Source of the DNA: Scyliorhinus canicula
Taxonomy: Eukaryota
DNA: 64,000 nt
Direction: 5' to 3'
NCBI RefSeq assembly: GCF_902713615.1
Contig: NC_052161.1
Location: forward strand, 120,745,574 to 120,809,573
Shown: piece after piece, positions 51,202 through 62,904 of the stretch
Numbering within the stretch: position 1 is the first letter of the stretch
Layout: each line of letters starts with the position of its first letter
Position numbers and translations under genes: made by a program
Notes under the pieces: model-generated
The model's database searches: none
The model's input: the letters and a program-made list of their open reading frames with translations, nothing else
Told to the model about the DNA's origin: nothing

Positions 51202-51669
51202 CAGGTTTTGACAATATTGAGCTGGTGCTCTCTTATGTAAAGCTGGGTTGCTAGTCCCAGTAGGTGCCTGGAGGTTCTCGCCAACGTAGCTTCGGCATGG
51301 AGAAGAATAGAACCAGACCTATCCCTCTTGCCTCGGCCTTTCGGGTTTCGAAATACAGCCAATTTCACTGAGGTGAGGATTCCTGGCTGGATACTCAGAA
51401 TCACATTGTATTTCAGGCAAGACAAGTAGAGCATGAGCTAGGCAGCTTTCCGCCATCTCAGTTCATTCCCAGTTCAAAAAACAAATTCAGAGCTTTAAGC
51501 TCATCTTTGTCAGATTTCCAGTAAATAACTAGGGTCTTTGCCTTTCACACAGTATTTCCCATCAGCTAAGGAATTGCAATTCAAATAAGCAAATAACTCC
51601 CCCCTCCAACATCTATGCTGTGAAGTCATGTGATTTCTTAGAAACCACATGCACGTTTATTTCAGGGGG

Positions 51670-52225
51670 ATTTGAAGACAAGAATAAGTAAGTATTGCTA
51701 CAATTGTACATGGATTTGGTGAGACCACATGAGAGAACTATGAACAGTTTTGATCTAGGGAAGGATATATTTATCTTGGGAGGCGATAAAGCAAGAGGTT
51801 CACTAGATTAGTTCTGATGACTAGAGGCTGTGTAAATTGAGGCTACACTTTCTTTAATTTAGAAGGATGAGAGGCTATCTCATTGAAGCATAAAAGGGGT
51901 TTTACAGGGCAGACAATGAGGGGGTGTTGCTTGTGTCTGCAGAGTCTCAAGCACAGTCTGAGGATAAGGAGCTGATCATTTAGGACTGATGTAAAGATAA
52001 ATCTTTTTACTCAAATAGCTGTGAATGTTTGGAATTCTCGACCCCAGAATGTTCTAGATGCTCCACCATTGAATATATTTAATGCTGAGATGAACACATT
52101 TTGATCATTCAGGGTATCAAAGGATATGGGAGCAAATGGGAAAATGGAGTTAAGGTGAAAGATCAGCTATGGTTGTATGAATGGTGGAGCAGAGTCGAGG
52201 GGCTATATGGACGACATCTGCTCAT
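51670..52225 (+). mobile_element. old CR1 3' fragment
   Basis: Decayed RMRG.LIE and FTQ..V..WNS motifs. Confidence 0.7.
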
Positions 52226-52229
52226 ATTT

Positions 52230-52432
52230 CTTTTTTAAAATAAATTTAGAGTGCCCAATTCTTTTTTCTCCAATTAAGGGGCAATTTAGCGTGGCCAATT
52301 CACTACCCTGACACATCTTTTGGTTTGTGGGGGTGAGATCCATGCAGGCACGGGGTTAATGTGCAAACTCGACACGGACAGTAACCCGGGGTCGGTTGCG
52401 ATCGAACTCGGGTCCTCGGCGCCATGAGGCAA
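52230..52432 (-). mobile_element. short-tailed SINE, 5'-truncated
   Basis: TSD-like ATCTGCTC(A/C)TA(T/C)TTC. Confidence 0.85.
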
Positions 52433-52479
52433 TCTGCTCCTACTTCAAATGTTCTTAGAAATACTATTATTTTGTAAAC

Positions 52480-53090
52480 GGTACCAGGAAAGCCCGGCCA
52501 ACCACACTGTCACATCCACATGTTTTGGGCCTGCCCAAGACTTGTCAGGTTCTTGACAAACCTCTTTGAGGCAATTTCCAAGGTGTGGAGGTGAGGGTGG
52601 AGCTATGCCCGAAAGTGGCAGTCTTTGGGGTCTCAGACCAGCCAGAACTCTTTATGTGAGGAGGGCCAACACCCTAGCCTTCGCCACCCTAGTTGCCCGC
52701 CAAAGAATCCTGCTTAGCTGGCGATCGGCAGCACCACCCAAAGCTGCAGTCTGGCTGTCCGACCTGTCAGAATTCCTGCAACTGGAGAAAATAAAATTCA
52801 TCATCAGTGGGTTCGAAAAGGGCTTGCACATGATGTGAAAGCCGTTCACGAACGTTTTCCAAGACCTGTTTGTAGCCACCAGCTGGGTAGAGGAAGTCTT
52901 TGGAGGGGGGGGGGGGGGGGGTGGGGGCACCGACACGCCAGATCACAACACAGCTGTATATACAGGTGTTGCACTGTCTGGGGGTATCAACCCCACTGGA
53001 TGGAAATTTGTAATAATACAACTTTGATTTGGCAATGATAACCACGTACTATAAAACATGACAATCAATAAAAACATTTAATAAAAAAAC
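52480..53090 (+). mobile_element. L1 3' end with poly-A
   Basis: LAFATLVARQRILLSWRS...LEKIKF, then AATAAAAACATTTAATAAAAAAA. Confidence 0.88.
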
Positions 53091-53269
53091 ACTTATTTCA
53101 GCTATCCGATTATTCTCACTATCCTGCCCTTTTCCCATAGCACTTCAATTTTTTTTACCTTTTACATATTTATGTAATTCCCTCATGGAGGTTATTATTG
53201 AATCCTATATTACTACCCTTCAGATAATGCATTCCAGATCATAACGGCTCAACTATTCCTCTCAACGGT

Positions 53270-53937
53270 GTGGCAATAGAATTGCCAGGGGGCAGCGTGA
53301 ATCCCGCTTCCACCGGCTGCCGAATTCTCCGGCGCCGGGGATTTGGTGGGGACGGGAATCGCGATGGTCGGCGGCCGCTGGCAGCGCCCCTCCCCCCCCG
53401 CCCCCGGTGATTCTCCGGCCTGTGATGGGCCTAGTAGCCGTCCGTTTTTGGGCCGGTCCCGCCGCCATAAATTAGAGTAGGTACTTACAGTCGGGACCTG
53501 GCTGCACGGGCGGCCTCGGGGGGATCTGGCCCCCGTGCCCCCACGGTAGCCTGGCCTGCGCTCGGGGCCCACTGATCCGCGGGCGGGCCTGTGCCGTGAG
53601 GGCACTCCATTCCTCCACATCGGTTGGTGTTAAAGGTACGATGGTCGACGCAGAGATGAACCCCCCCTGCACATGTGTTGTGATGACGCCAGCACACGCT
53701 GGCGCTCCCGCACTTGCGCCAACTCGCACTGGCCGCGCAGAGGCCCTTCGCTGCCGGTTGGCATGGCGCTAAGCCCCTTCTGCTCCAGCCAGCGGGGTGC
53801 AAACCACTTCGGCGCTGGCCTAGCCCCTAAAGGCGCGAAGGATTCTGCACCTTTGGGGCGGCCTGACGCCGGAGTGGTTCACGCCACTCCTCGGCGCCGG
53901 GACCGCCCGCCCCGCCGGGTAGGGGAGAATCTCGCCC
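53270..53937. mobile_element. Harbinger-type MITE (right TIR intact)
   Basis: GGAGAATCTCGCCC right terminus and CpG-rich body. Confidence 0.72.
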
Positions 53938-54010
53938 CTCATCTCACAAATGTAAATTCAGGATTTTTGTTCTTTCATTCAAACTTACTGGCTTGTGTGT
54001 CTCTGTTTAG

Positions 54011-54191
54011 CCTTTGCTTGTTGGAGTCATGGGAAGGATGATGTATTTATCCAGGATGGAGTAAGTGAGACCTGTGTCGAAGCGGAGAATATCCAGGTAT
54101 CATGCCGAGAGCCCCGATCACTGGACGGTATCTGCCCTGACGAAACACTCCAAGATTGGAGAAAGGACACTTATAAAGTGCAATTGAATAG
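54011..54191 (+). CDS. C1orf167: C1orf167-like coding exon
   Basis: tgtttag acceptor and ag|gtatga donor. AFACWSHGKDD...KVQLNR. Phase 1->2. Confidence 0.72.
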
Positions 54192-54409
54192 GTATGAAAT
54201 GGGATGTGGAGTGGGTGAGGTTAGTGCCTGGGGATGTGGTTGCTTGTGGGGAAACTTTAATTTGGACATGAAGCGAGAGCAGCTGAGTTTAAGAATGCTG
54301 TGGGGGCTATGTTTGGGAGTGAAGTCCCCATGGAATGAATTGGTTTCCAGGTGTTTCTGTGCATATTATGGCACTGAGTTGATTACCTTGTATCCTGTGA
54401 GCTTTGCAG

Positions 54410-54572
54410 GATCCCAACATGTAGTCGATTGCAGGATGCTCTGCAACTCTGGCCTGCGGAACCATTCCAACACCATTTGAGATTCAGCAAACATCTGCCT
54501 CAGCAGGACTGCACAGTCACATTAGTGGATACAGAGGGATCATCTGACACTAACTGCAGCTGCCCTGAACAG
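54410..54572 (+). CDS. C1orf167: C1orf167-like coding exon
   Basis: tttgcag acceptor and cag|gtaact donor. IPTCSRLQDALQLWPAEPF...CPEQ. Phase 2->0. Confidence 0.78.
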
Positions 54573-55528
54573 GTAACTAGAATATATGTGTCCGTGACTC
54601 CCAGTTGTAATGTTTTCTAAATCGATCAAGCGAGTAACATCCAAGCAGCAAAGTTTGAGGTCATCTCCTGCACATTCTGAAACTGTTGGTATTTCTGTGA
54701 ACAGTTGAAATGGAAATTTTCCTGATAGTCCAGAGGATCTAGAAATAAAACCGTTGTCTAAATGTCGAATATGGCAGACATATCCATCTCCACGCTCTAT
54801 GTGTGTTGCCTGCTATATTGGATCAGGCTCCTCCGTAGGCATGCAGGACACATGCTGCAAATATCAAAATGGACATATAAATACAGGCCCGACACTGATT
54901 AGGGTAGCCTTTTGTGATACTGAGCTGACCAGCTGACTCTGGTTTGATAAACTTGCCCAAAAACTAATTGTGCTGACAGGAAGGACCAGCAGTGCTTCTG
55001 AAATTCCCCTTCAAATTCCCTCATCCCATTGCCACTGTGCCCTCTCGGCGAAAGAACTCTCCCGTGTGTAAAATGTACTAGATGCTGTGGTATGAAGAGG
55101 CAAGAGTTCAGCTCCTTTTCCACCAACTCACCTTTAATGGTTCAAACTCACTCTGCACAGAACTCTACAGATCATCACAAGCTCCAGAGTCCACCTGAAG
55201 CCCCTTTACATATCAGTGTCAATCATTGAACACTTAACATAAATGAGACAATCATTGAACACTTAACATAAATGAGAAAACTAATTGCAATGTCTCTTAA
55301 CCCATTACTTAACACCGTGGTCCCACTCGTTTTAAATGTCTTACTTTTCCAGCAGTGATACCTTAATCACAATTCAGCACAATCTCAATCCTGCTTTAAC
55401 TGATATACTGCTCTGTGCAGTGAGGCAGGTTAATTTTTCTCACCTGTTTTGAGGTGTTATGCTTTCGTTGACATTAAATTAAAATCCAAACACAAAGGGT
55501 GCAACTGATTATTTGTGATGTTTTGCAG

Positions 55529-55719
55529 GGGACTGAGCTGCGACCACACAGGTTACATGAAACAATACCAGCGAATAGAGTTGATCTGGAGAAAGCAGGA
55601 AAGTGGCTACAGCACAAAGTGGAGAAGCACCTTGTTGAACAGCATCTGGCATGCTGGGTTGCCCAATTCCGACAGGTGCGCCGAGTGGAGCGGTTCCACC
55701 AATGGTCCCTGCTTGCACG
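55529..55719 (+). CDS. C1orf167: C1orf167-like coding exon
   Basis: ttttgcag acceptor and cg|gtacac donor. KHLVEQHLACWVAQFRQVRRVERFHQWSLLAR. Phase 0->2. Confidence 0.8.
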
Positions 55720-57061
55720 GTACACGAGTGTTAGTTCTGATGTTCTACCCAATTCTTTCTTGTTGGTATTTATTTCGTTTCCTCTTCCCCCCTCATCACC
55801 TCTCCTGAAGAGACTCTCATCGAGTGTGAGTTCCACAAGAACCAACTGCTTTCCAACACTTGAATATCCAATCTTTGTGTGTGCCTGGATGGTGATTGTT
55901 GGGAAAACCATTCATCCACAATAGGCATCACAATTGAGTCTAATAGTTCCCTTGCACAAGTGACAGCTGCTGGACAATAATCAGAAGGGAGAACCTTGCC
56001 TGTTGTCCCTTCCTATTGCCAGCCCAGGGCGAATGAGGTCAATCTTAGTGCCACACAGTTGCTACGCCTGAAAACAACTAATGACACAGGCCGTGCATGG
56101 AGCCTGGGAGCTGGCTTGGGTCCACATTGAGTCCTGCTGGTGGAGTTAAAAGGATGCTATTTGTTGTATCACATCTATTGTTACAGTGTTTGATGCTATT
56201 GGGTCTTGTGGGAGGGCCTAGCCAGAGAATATCAGGGTCAGTGAAACCAGCTTCCTGTTCATCCATGTTCCACGAAGAGACCAACTTGGACTTACCCCTT
56301 GCTTCACATCAATAGTCATGTAAACCGGAAACAATGAGTTGAATGAAACATTGAACTGTGAAACTTGGAAATAGGGAAACAAAATTTGATTAGAAAATGA
56401 ACAATTGCAACTTTTTTCCAAGCCAGCCTTCCTATTTCCACTCTCCGAACCCATGACCTCTGCCACCAAGAAGGACAAAGGCAGCAGATGCATGGGAACA
56501 TCACCATCTGCAAGTTTCCCACCAAGTCACACACCATCCTGACTTGGAACTATATTGCCATTCCTTCACTGTTGCTGGGTCAAAATCCTGGAACCTCCTC
56601 GCTAACAGACTGGGGGTGCATCTACACTTTCTGGACTGCAGAGGTTCAAGAAGATAGCTGATCATCACCGTCTCAAGGGCAATTAGGGATGGGCAATAAA
56701 TGCTGGCCTGGTCAGTGATGCCCACATCCCACGAATCAATAAAAAAGAACTTCAAAGTTCTTATCCTTGCTTTTAAATCCCCCCATTACCTCTGACTGCA
56801 TTTCCTTATGATGCTTCCTCCCTCATACCCCAGCACACATCCTTCACTCTTCTAACCCAATGCATGCTTCCTTCACTCCATATGGAAGGCTGCTGATTCA
56901 CTGAATAAGTTACCATCCTTTAGAACCCTTCATAAGTTCCTCTGCGGCAACCATGGCTTAACGGCTAGCTGTTTTGCCTCTGAACAACACAACATATTAA
57001 CAACAACTTACATTAACACAATGATAAGTTACATAACCATAGAGAAAAAAAATAGAAACTA

Positions 57062-60000
57062 CAATAAATCCCGCCATGTCACTGATCCAGGTCTCCACAC
57101 TTGGGGGCCTTGCATCTTTCCACTGCATCAAGATCCTCCGCCGGGCTACTAGGGACGCAAAGGCCAGGACACCGGCCTGTTTTGCCTCCTGCACTCCCGG
57201 CTCCACCGCAACTCCAAAAATCGCGAGTCCCCACCCTGGTTTGACCCTGGATCCAACCACCCTCGACACCGTCCCCGCCACCCCCTTCCAGAATTCTTCC
57301 AGTGCCGGGCATGCCCAAAACATATGGGCATGATTCGCTGGACTCCCCGAACACCTGGTGCACCTGTCCTCACCCCCAAAGAACCTACTCATCCTAGTCC
57401 CGGACATGTGGGCCTGGTGCAGCACCTTGAATTGGACGAGGCTAAGCCTCGCACATGAAGAGGAAGAGTTGACTCTCTCCAAGGCATCCGCCCAAGTCCC
57501 GTCCTCTATCTGCTCCCCAAGTTCCCCCTCCCATTTAGCCTTCAGCTCCTCCACTGACGACTCCTCCACCTCCTGCATTACCTTATAAATGTCAGACACC
57601 TTCCCCTCACCGACCCACACCCCCGAAAGCACTCTGTCCATCGCCCCCCTCGAGGGCAGAAAAGGGAACTCCTCTACCTGTCGCCCAGCAAACGCCTTTA
57701 CCTGCAAGTATCTGAACATGTTCCCTTGGGGGAGCCCAAATTTATCTTCCAGTTCCCCCAGGCCCGCAAACCTCCCGCCAATAAACAGGTCCTTCAATTT
57801 ACTGATGCCCACCCTTTGCCACCCCCTAAATCCCCCATCAGTGTTCCCCGGGATGAACCGATGATTTCCACCTAATGGAGCCTCCATCGAGCCCCCTGTT
57901 TCCCCCCGATGCCGTCTCCACTGTCCCCAGATTCTTAGGGTCGCCACCATCACCGGGCTCGTGGTATACCTCTTAGGAGAGAGCGGCAACAGCGCCGGTG
58001 CCAAGGCACCCAGGCTCGTACCTCTACATGACGCCATCTCCAGTCTTTTCCACCCCCCCCCCCCCCCCCCCCACCCCATCCCCCCACTCCTCCTCCATCA
58101 CCCATTTACGCACCATTGACAAATTGGCCGCCCAATAGTACCCCAAAAGGTTGGGCAGCTCCAGCCCGCCTCTATCCCTCCCTCGCTCCAGGAAAACCCT
58201 CTTCACTCTCGGAGTTCCATGTGCCCACACAAAGTTCAAAATACTGCTAGTCACCCTCCTAAAGAAGGCCCTGGGGATGAAGATGGGCAGGCACTGAAAG
58301 AGGAACAAGAACCTCGGAAGCACCGTCATTTTGATGGACTGCACCGTCCCCGCCAACGACAATGGCAGCATGTCCCACCTCTTGAACTCCTCCTCCATCT
58401 GATCCACAAGTCTGGTGAAATTATGCTTGTGAAGAGTCCCCCAGTCCCTGTCCACCTGCACCCCCAGGTACCTAAAACTCTCCCCTGCCCTCCTAAGCGG
58501 GAGCCTACCAATTCCTTCCTCCTGGTCTCCAGGGTGCACCACAAACACCTCACTCTTGCCTAGATTTAGTTTATAGCCTGAAAAGGTCCTAAACTCAGCT
58601 AGCAGCTCCATCAACCCCGGCATCCCTCCCACCGGGTCCGCGACATACAGTAACAGGTCATCGGAATACAACGACACCCTATGTTCCTCCCCACCTCGCA
58701 CCAAACCTCTCCACCTCCCTGAATCCCTCAACGCCATCGCCAACGGCTTGATTGCCAATGCAAACAACAAGGGGGACAGGGGGCAACCCTGCCTGGTCCC
58801 TCAGTAAAGCCGGAAGTACTCCGACCTCCTCCCATTCGTGGCCACACACGCCATCGGGGCCTCATATAGCAGCCTCACCCATCTAATAAACCCATCACCA
58901 AATCCAAACCTCCCCAACACCTCCCATAAGTACCCCCACTCCACTCTATCGAAGGCCTTCTCCGCATCCAGCGCCACCACTATCTCAGCCTCCCCCTCAA
59001 TCGCCGGCATCATGATGACATTCAACAATCTCCGCACATTCGTGTTCAGCTGCCTTCCCTTCACAAAACCTGTCTGATCCTCGTGTACAACCCCTGGCAC
59101 ACAGTCCTTTATCCTGGTGGCCAGGATTTTTGCCAGCACCTTGGCATCCACATTAAGGAGAGATATGGGCCCGTATGAACCACACTTCTGGGGGTCCTTG
59201 TCCCTCTTTAAGATTAACGAAATCAGCGCCCGCGACATTGTCGTGGGCAAAGTCCCCCCTTCCCACGCTTCATTAAGTGTCCGCACCAGCAAGGGGCCCA
59301 CTAGGTCCACAAACTTTTTATAAAATTCCACCGGGAACCCATCCGGCCCCGGCGCCTTCCCTGACTGCATCTGCCCGATCCCCTTAACTAGCTCCTCCAG
59401 CTCAATCGGCGCCCCCAACCCCTCCACTTGCTCCTCCTGCACCTTCGGGAAAGATAGCCCGTCGAGAAACCTCTCCATTCCCCTCCTCTCCACCGTTGGC
59501 TCCGACCGGTACAGTTCCCCGTAAAAGTCCTTGAAGACCTCATTCACCTCTACCCCCTTCCGCACCACATTCCCACTCTTGTCTCTCACTCCAGCAATTT
59601 CCTAAGCCGCATCCCGCTTGCGGAGCTGATGAGCCAGCATTCTACTCGCCTTTTCACCATGTTCGTACACTGCCCCTTGTGCCTTCCTCCACTGTGCCTC
59701 CGCCTTTCTAGTGGTCAGCAAATCAAATTTAGCCTGCAGGCTGCGCCTCTCCCCCAACAGTCCCTCCTCTGGTGCCTCCGCGTACCTCCTATCTACCTCC
59801 AGCATCTTCCCCACCAGTCTATCCCTCTCACTCCTCTCGCTCCTCTCCCTGTGTGCCCGGATGGTGGTCCCGCACCTCCCCCATCTCCAACTCCATCCAA
59901 TGCGGAGCGTGGTCGGAGATTGCAATGGCCGAATATTCGGCCTCCTCCACTCTCGGAATCAGTCCCCTACTCACCACGAAGAAGTCTATCCGAGAATAAA

Positions 60001-60590
60001 CCCTATGTACGTGGGAGAAGAAAGAGTACTCCTGTGCCCTCGGCCTCACAAACCTCCATGGATCCACCCCTCCCATCTGGTCCATAAACCCTCTCAGTAC
60101 CTTGGCTGCCGCCGGCCTCTTACCCGTCCTTGAACTGGACCGATCCAGTGAAGGATCCAACACCGTATTTAAGTCCCCCCCCATAATCAGACCTCCCGCC
60201 TCTAGATCCGGGACCCGTCCCAGCATACGCCTCATAAAGCCCGCATCGTCCCAATTTGGGGCATACACACTAGCAAGTGCCACCTTCTCTCCATGTAGCC
60301 TGCCCCTAACCATAACATACCTATCCCCCTTATCCGCCACCACCTCAGATGCCTCAAACGGCACATTCTTCCCCACCAGAATCGCCACTCCCCGGTTCTT
60401 CACATCCAACCCAGAGTGGAAAACCTGCCCCTCCCACCCCTTCCTCAGACGGACCTGGTCCGCCACCTTCAGGTGGGTCTCCTGAAGCATTGCCACATCT
60501 GCCTTTAGCCCCCTCAGTTGAGCAAGTACCCTCGACCGCTTCACCGGCCCATTCAATCCTCTCGCATTCCAGGTGACCAACCGGATCAGA
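57062..60590 (-). pseudogene. L1 ORF2 (endonuclease/reverse transcriptase), fragmented
   Basis: VTWNARGLN..LQETH..SRIDFF..SDHAP endonuclease. RT in pieces 58801-59589 and 58024-58770. C-terminal C..C..HMFWAC. Confidence 0.92.
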
Positions 60591-61256
60591 GGGCGTCCCG
60601 CCCCCTCCCCCGTCGACTAGCCATAGCCCGTCGACTGCCCGCCCCAGGCCAGCACCCCTCTCCCGACCCAGTCCCCACAGCGACAACACCTCACCTCTGT
60701 TCCCCCGGCCCACACCAGCTCCTTCCTGACCCTGCCAGCAGCAACCCGGTATTCCCCTTTCCCCCCCTCCCTCGCCCCCCAGGCTAGGAACCCTCCTAGC
60801 CACGAACCGTCCTCCATTGTACTTCCGTGGGTCAGCTAACTTCTGCTGACCCCGGAAACCCCCGCCAAAAACCCGACCCCTCCCAAAGTGGGATCATCCC
60901 CCATCCTGCCCCTCCTCCAGGCACCGCTCCAGCGCGGGGAAGAACCAGTTAAGCCCCCCCCGCCATCATCTCCACCCCCCAGCCCCGTGACGCGGGAAAC
61001 CAGAGGAAAGCCCGTGCTTTCGCACTGCCCCACCACACCCTTCTGACGCAGCTCCCAAATACCAGCCCCACTCCATACCCCCAACCCGATATAGAATACA
61101 ACAAACCCCCCAACCCTCCCCGCAAGATACAAAACTCAAACAATGCCCCACAGCAAAAAAAAACATTACAGAACAACACCCCATAAATAACCATATCAAA
61201 ATTACAAAAGTACAGAAAAAGAGAACACCGCAACAGCAGAAACCAACAATAAAGCA

Positions 61257-62048
61257 TTACAACCGACCCCGCAACCCCGAACCCCTAGTTCGAGTCCAGT
61301 TTCTCCGCCCATACGAAGGCCCACGCCTCCTCCGGGGAATCAAAATAATAGTGCCGGTCCAAATAAAAGTTACCCACAGGCGCGCAGGCTGCAACATTCC
61401 AAACTTTATCTTCTTCTTGTAGAGCACCTCTTTCGTCCGATTGAACCCGGACCGCCGCTTAGCCACCTCCGCACTCCAATCCTGGTAGATCCGTACTACC
61501 CTATTCTCCCAATTGCTGCTCTTCACCTTCTTGGCCCAGCGCAGCACACACTCCCGATCACTGAACCGGTGGAACCTCACCAGCACCGCACGCGGGGGTT
61601 CATTCTCCTTAGGCCTCCTGGCCAGTACCCTGTGGGCTCCCTCCAGCTCCAGGGGCAGATGGAAAGATCCTGCCCCCACTAGCGAGTTCAGCATCGTGGC
61701 CACGTCGGTTGTCAGATCCGACCCCTCCAGCCCCTCCGCAAGGCCCAAGATCCTCAGATTTTTCTGCCTCATGCGGTGATCAAGCTCCTCTAAGCGGTCT
61801 TGCCACTTCTTGTGGAGTGCCTCATGCCCCTCCACCTTACTCACGAGGACCACGGCCTCCTCCTCTTGTTCAGTGGCCAACGCCTGGATGGCAGCACCCT
61901 GGGTCGTCAGAATCTCCGAAAGCTTTTTATTCATTTCCTGCAGAGAGCTCAGCACCTCAGCCTTGAAATCTGCAAAACAGCGCAGGAGAGCAGCTTGCTG
62001 CTCCTGGGCCCACTGCTTCCACTCCTCTGGTGCTCCGCCGGCCGCCAT
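61257..62048 (-). CDS. L1 ORF1p-like RNA-binding protein (C-terminal frameshift likely)
   Basis: Coiled coil then RQKNLRILGLAEGLEG...LELEGAHRVL...PPRAVLVRFHRF...GMLQPARLWVT. Confidence 0.85.
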   Translation of the reverse strand: MAAGGAPEEWKQWAQEQQAALLRCFADFKAEVLSSLQEMNKKLSEILTTQGAAIQALATEQEEEAVVLVSKVEGHEALHKKWQDRLEELDHRMRQKNLRILGLAEGLEGSDLTTDVATMLNSLVGAGSFHLPLELEGAHRVLARRPKENEPPRAVLVRFHRFSDRECVLRWAKKVKSSNWENRVVRIYQDWSAEVAKRRSGFNRTKEVLYKKKIKFGMLQPARLWVTFIWTGTIILIPRRRRGPSYGRRNWTRTRGSGLRGRL

Positions 62049-62159
62049 CTTGGAATCCTTCCCCCGTTTTTGTTCCTTTGTTTTTAATACACTTGTTGAA
62101 CTATAGTATTACGGATTGTGCTCTGAACATAGCCCCAGTATTTTTGTGTTATTGTCATC

Positions 62160-62560
62160 AAAGAACAAAGAAAAGTACAGCACAGGAACAGGCCCTTCGG
62201 CCCTCCAAGCCTGCACCAACCATGCTGCCCGTCTAAACTAAAATCTTCTACACTTCCGGGGTTCGTATCCCTCTATTCCCATCCTATTTATGTATTTGTC
62301 AAGATGCCCCTTAAACGTTACTATCATCCCTGCTTCCACCACCTCCTCCATCAGCGAGTTTCAGGCACCCACTACCCTCTGTGTAAAAAACGTACCTCGT
62401 ACATCTCCTCTAAACCTTGCCCCTTGCACCTGAAACCTATACCCCCTAGTAATTGACCTCTCTACCCTGGGGAAAAAGCTCTGACTATCCACTCTGTCTA
62501 TGCCCCTCATAATTTTGTAGACCTCTATCAGGTTGCCCCATAACCTCCTTTGTTCCAGTG
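62160..62560 (-). mobile_element. CR1 3' end
   Basis: GTACAGCACAGGAACAGGCCCTTCGGCCC terminus, and FFTQRVVGA on the minus strand. Confidence 0.9.
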
Positions 62561-62677
62561 GGACAGAGCTGTAGGTAAACAGGTTCAGGTACCGATACAG
62601 TTTCAGGTTCTTTGTTGATAACTTCTATGTGGAGGATTACGATAAATAAGAACCAATGTGTAATTTTCTTTCTGCAG

Positions 62678-62886
62678 AGCGTTTCTGAGTTGGAGCCAAT
62701 GGAGGCAGGGTCGTTGCAGAACCCGAGAGTTGATTGAAAGGTTTTCCTTTGTCCGGCAGTGCCGAGTTCTGCTGAGCCTTTGGAAAATGCGTTTACTACA
62801 AAAACTGGAAGCTGACAGAAGATGCAGAGAGATATTGCATCAGCAAATTCAGAAGGCCATGACCCAGTGGCACACATATACAAGGA
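62678..62886 (+). CDS. C1orf167: C1orf167-like coding exon (gene continues beyond the window)
   Basis: ttctgcag acceptor and a|gtgagt donor. AFLSWSQWRQ...RVLLSLWKMRL...QKAMTQWHTY. Phase 2->1. Confidence 0.85.
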
Positions 62887-62904
62887 GTGAGTGTCAGTAT
62901 AGAA

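Larger units (their letters stand above)
57062..62085 (-). mobile_element. near full-length, inactivated L1-clade LINE
   Basis: ORF1 (62048-61257), an inter-ORF spacer, and ORF2 with APE endonuclease and RT (ALDAEKAFDRV, SLYSDDLLL), broken by a deletion, a stop and frameshifts. Confidence 0.95.

Noticed and set aside
309-52432. tRNA genes
   Set aside because: All A/B-box sequences are SINE heads followed by SINE bodies, with no complete cloverleaf seen.
55220-55278. 29-bp direct duplication (similar short duplications at 12243-12280 and 19192-19223)
   Set aside because: Ordinary local slippage duplications with no further structure.
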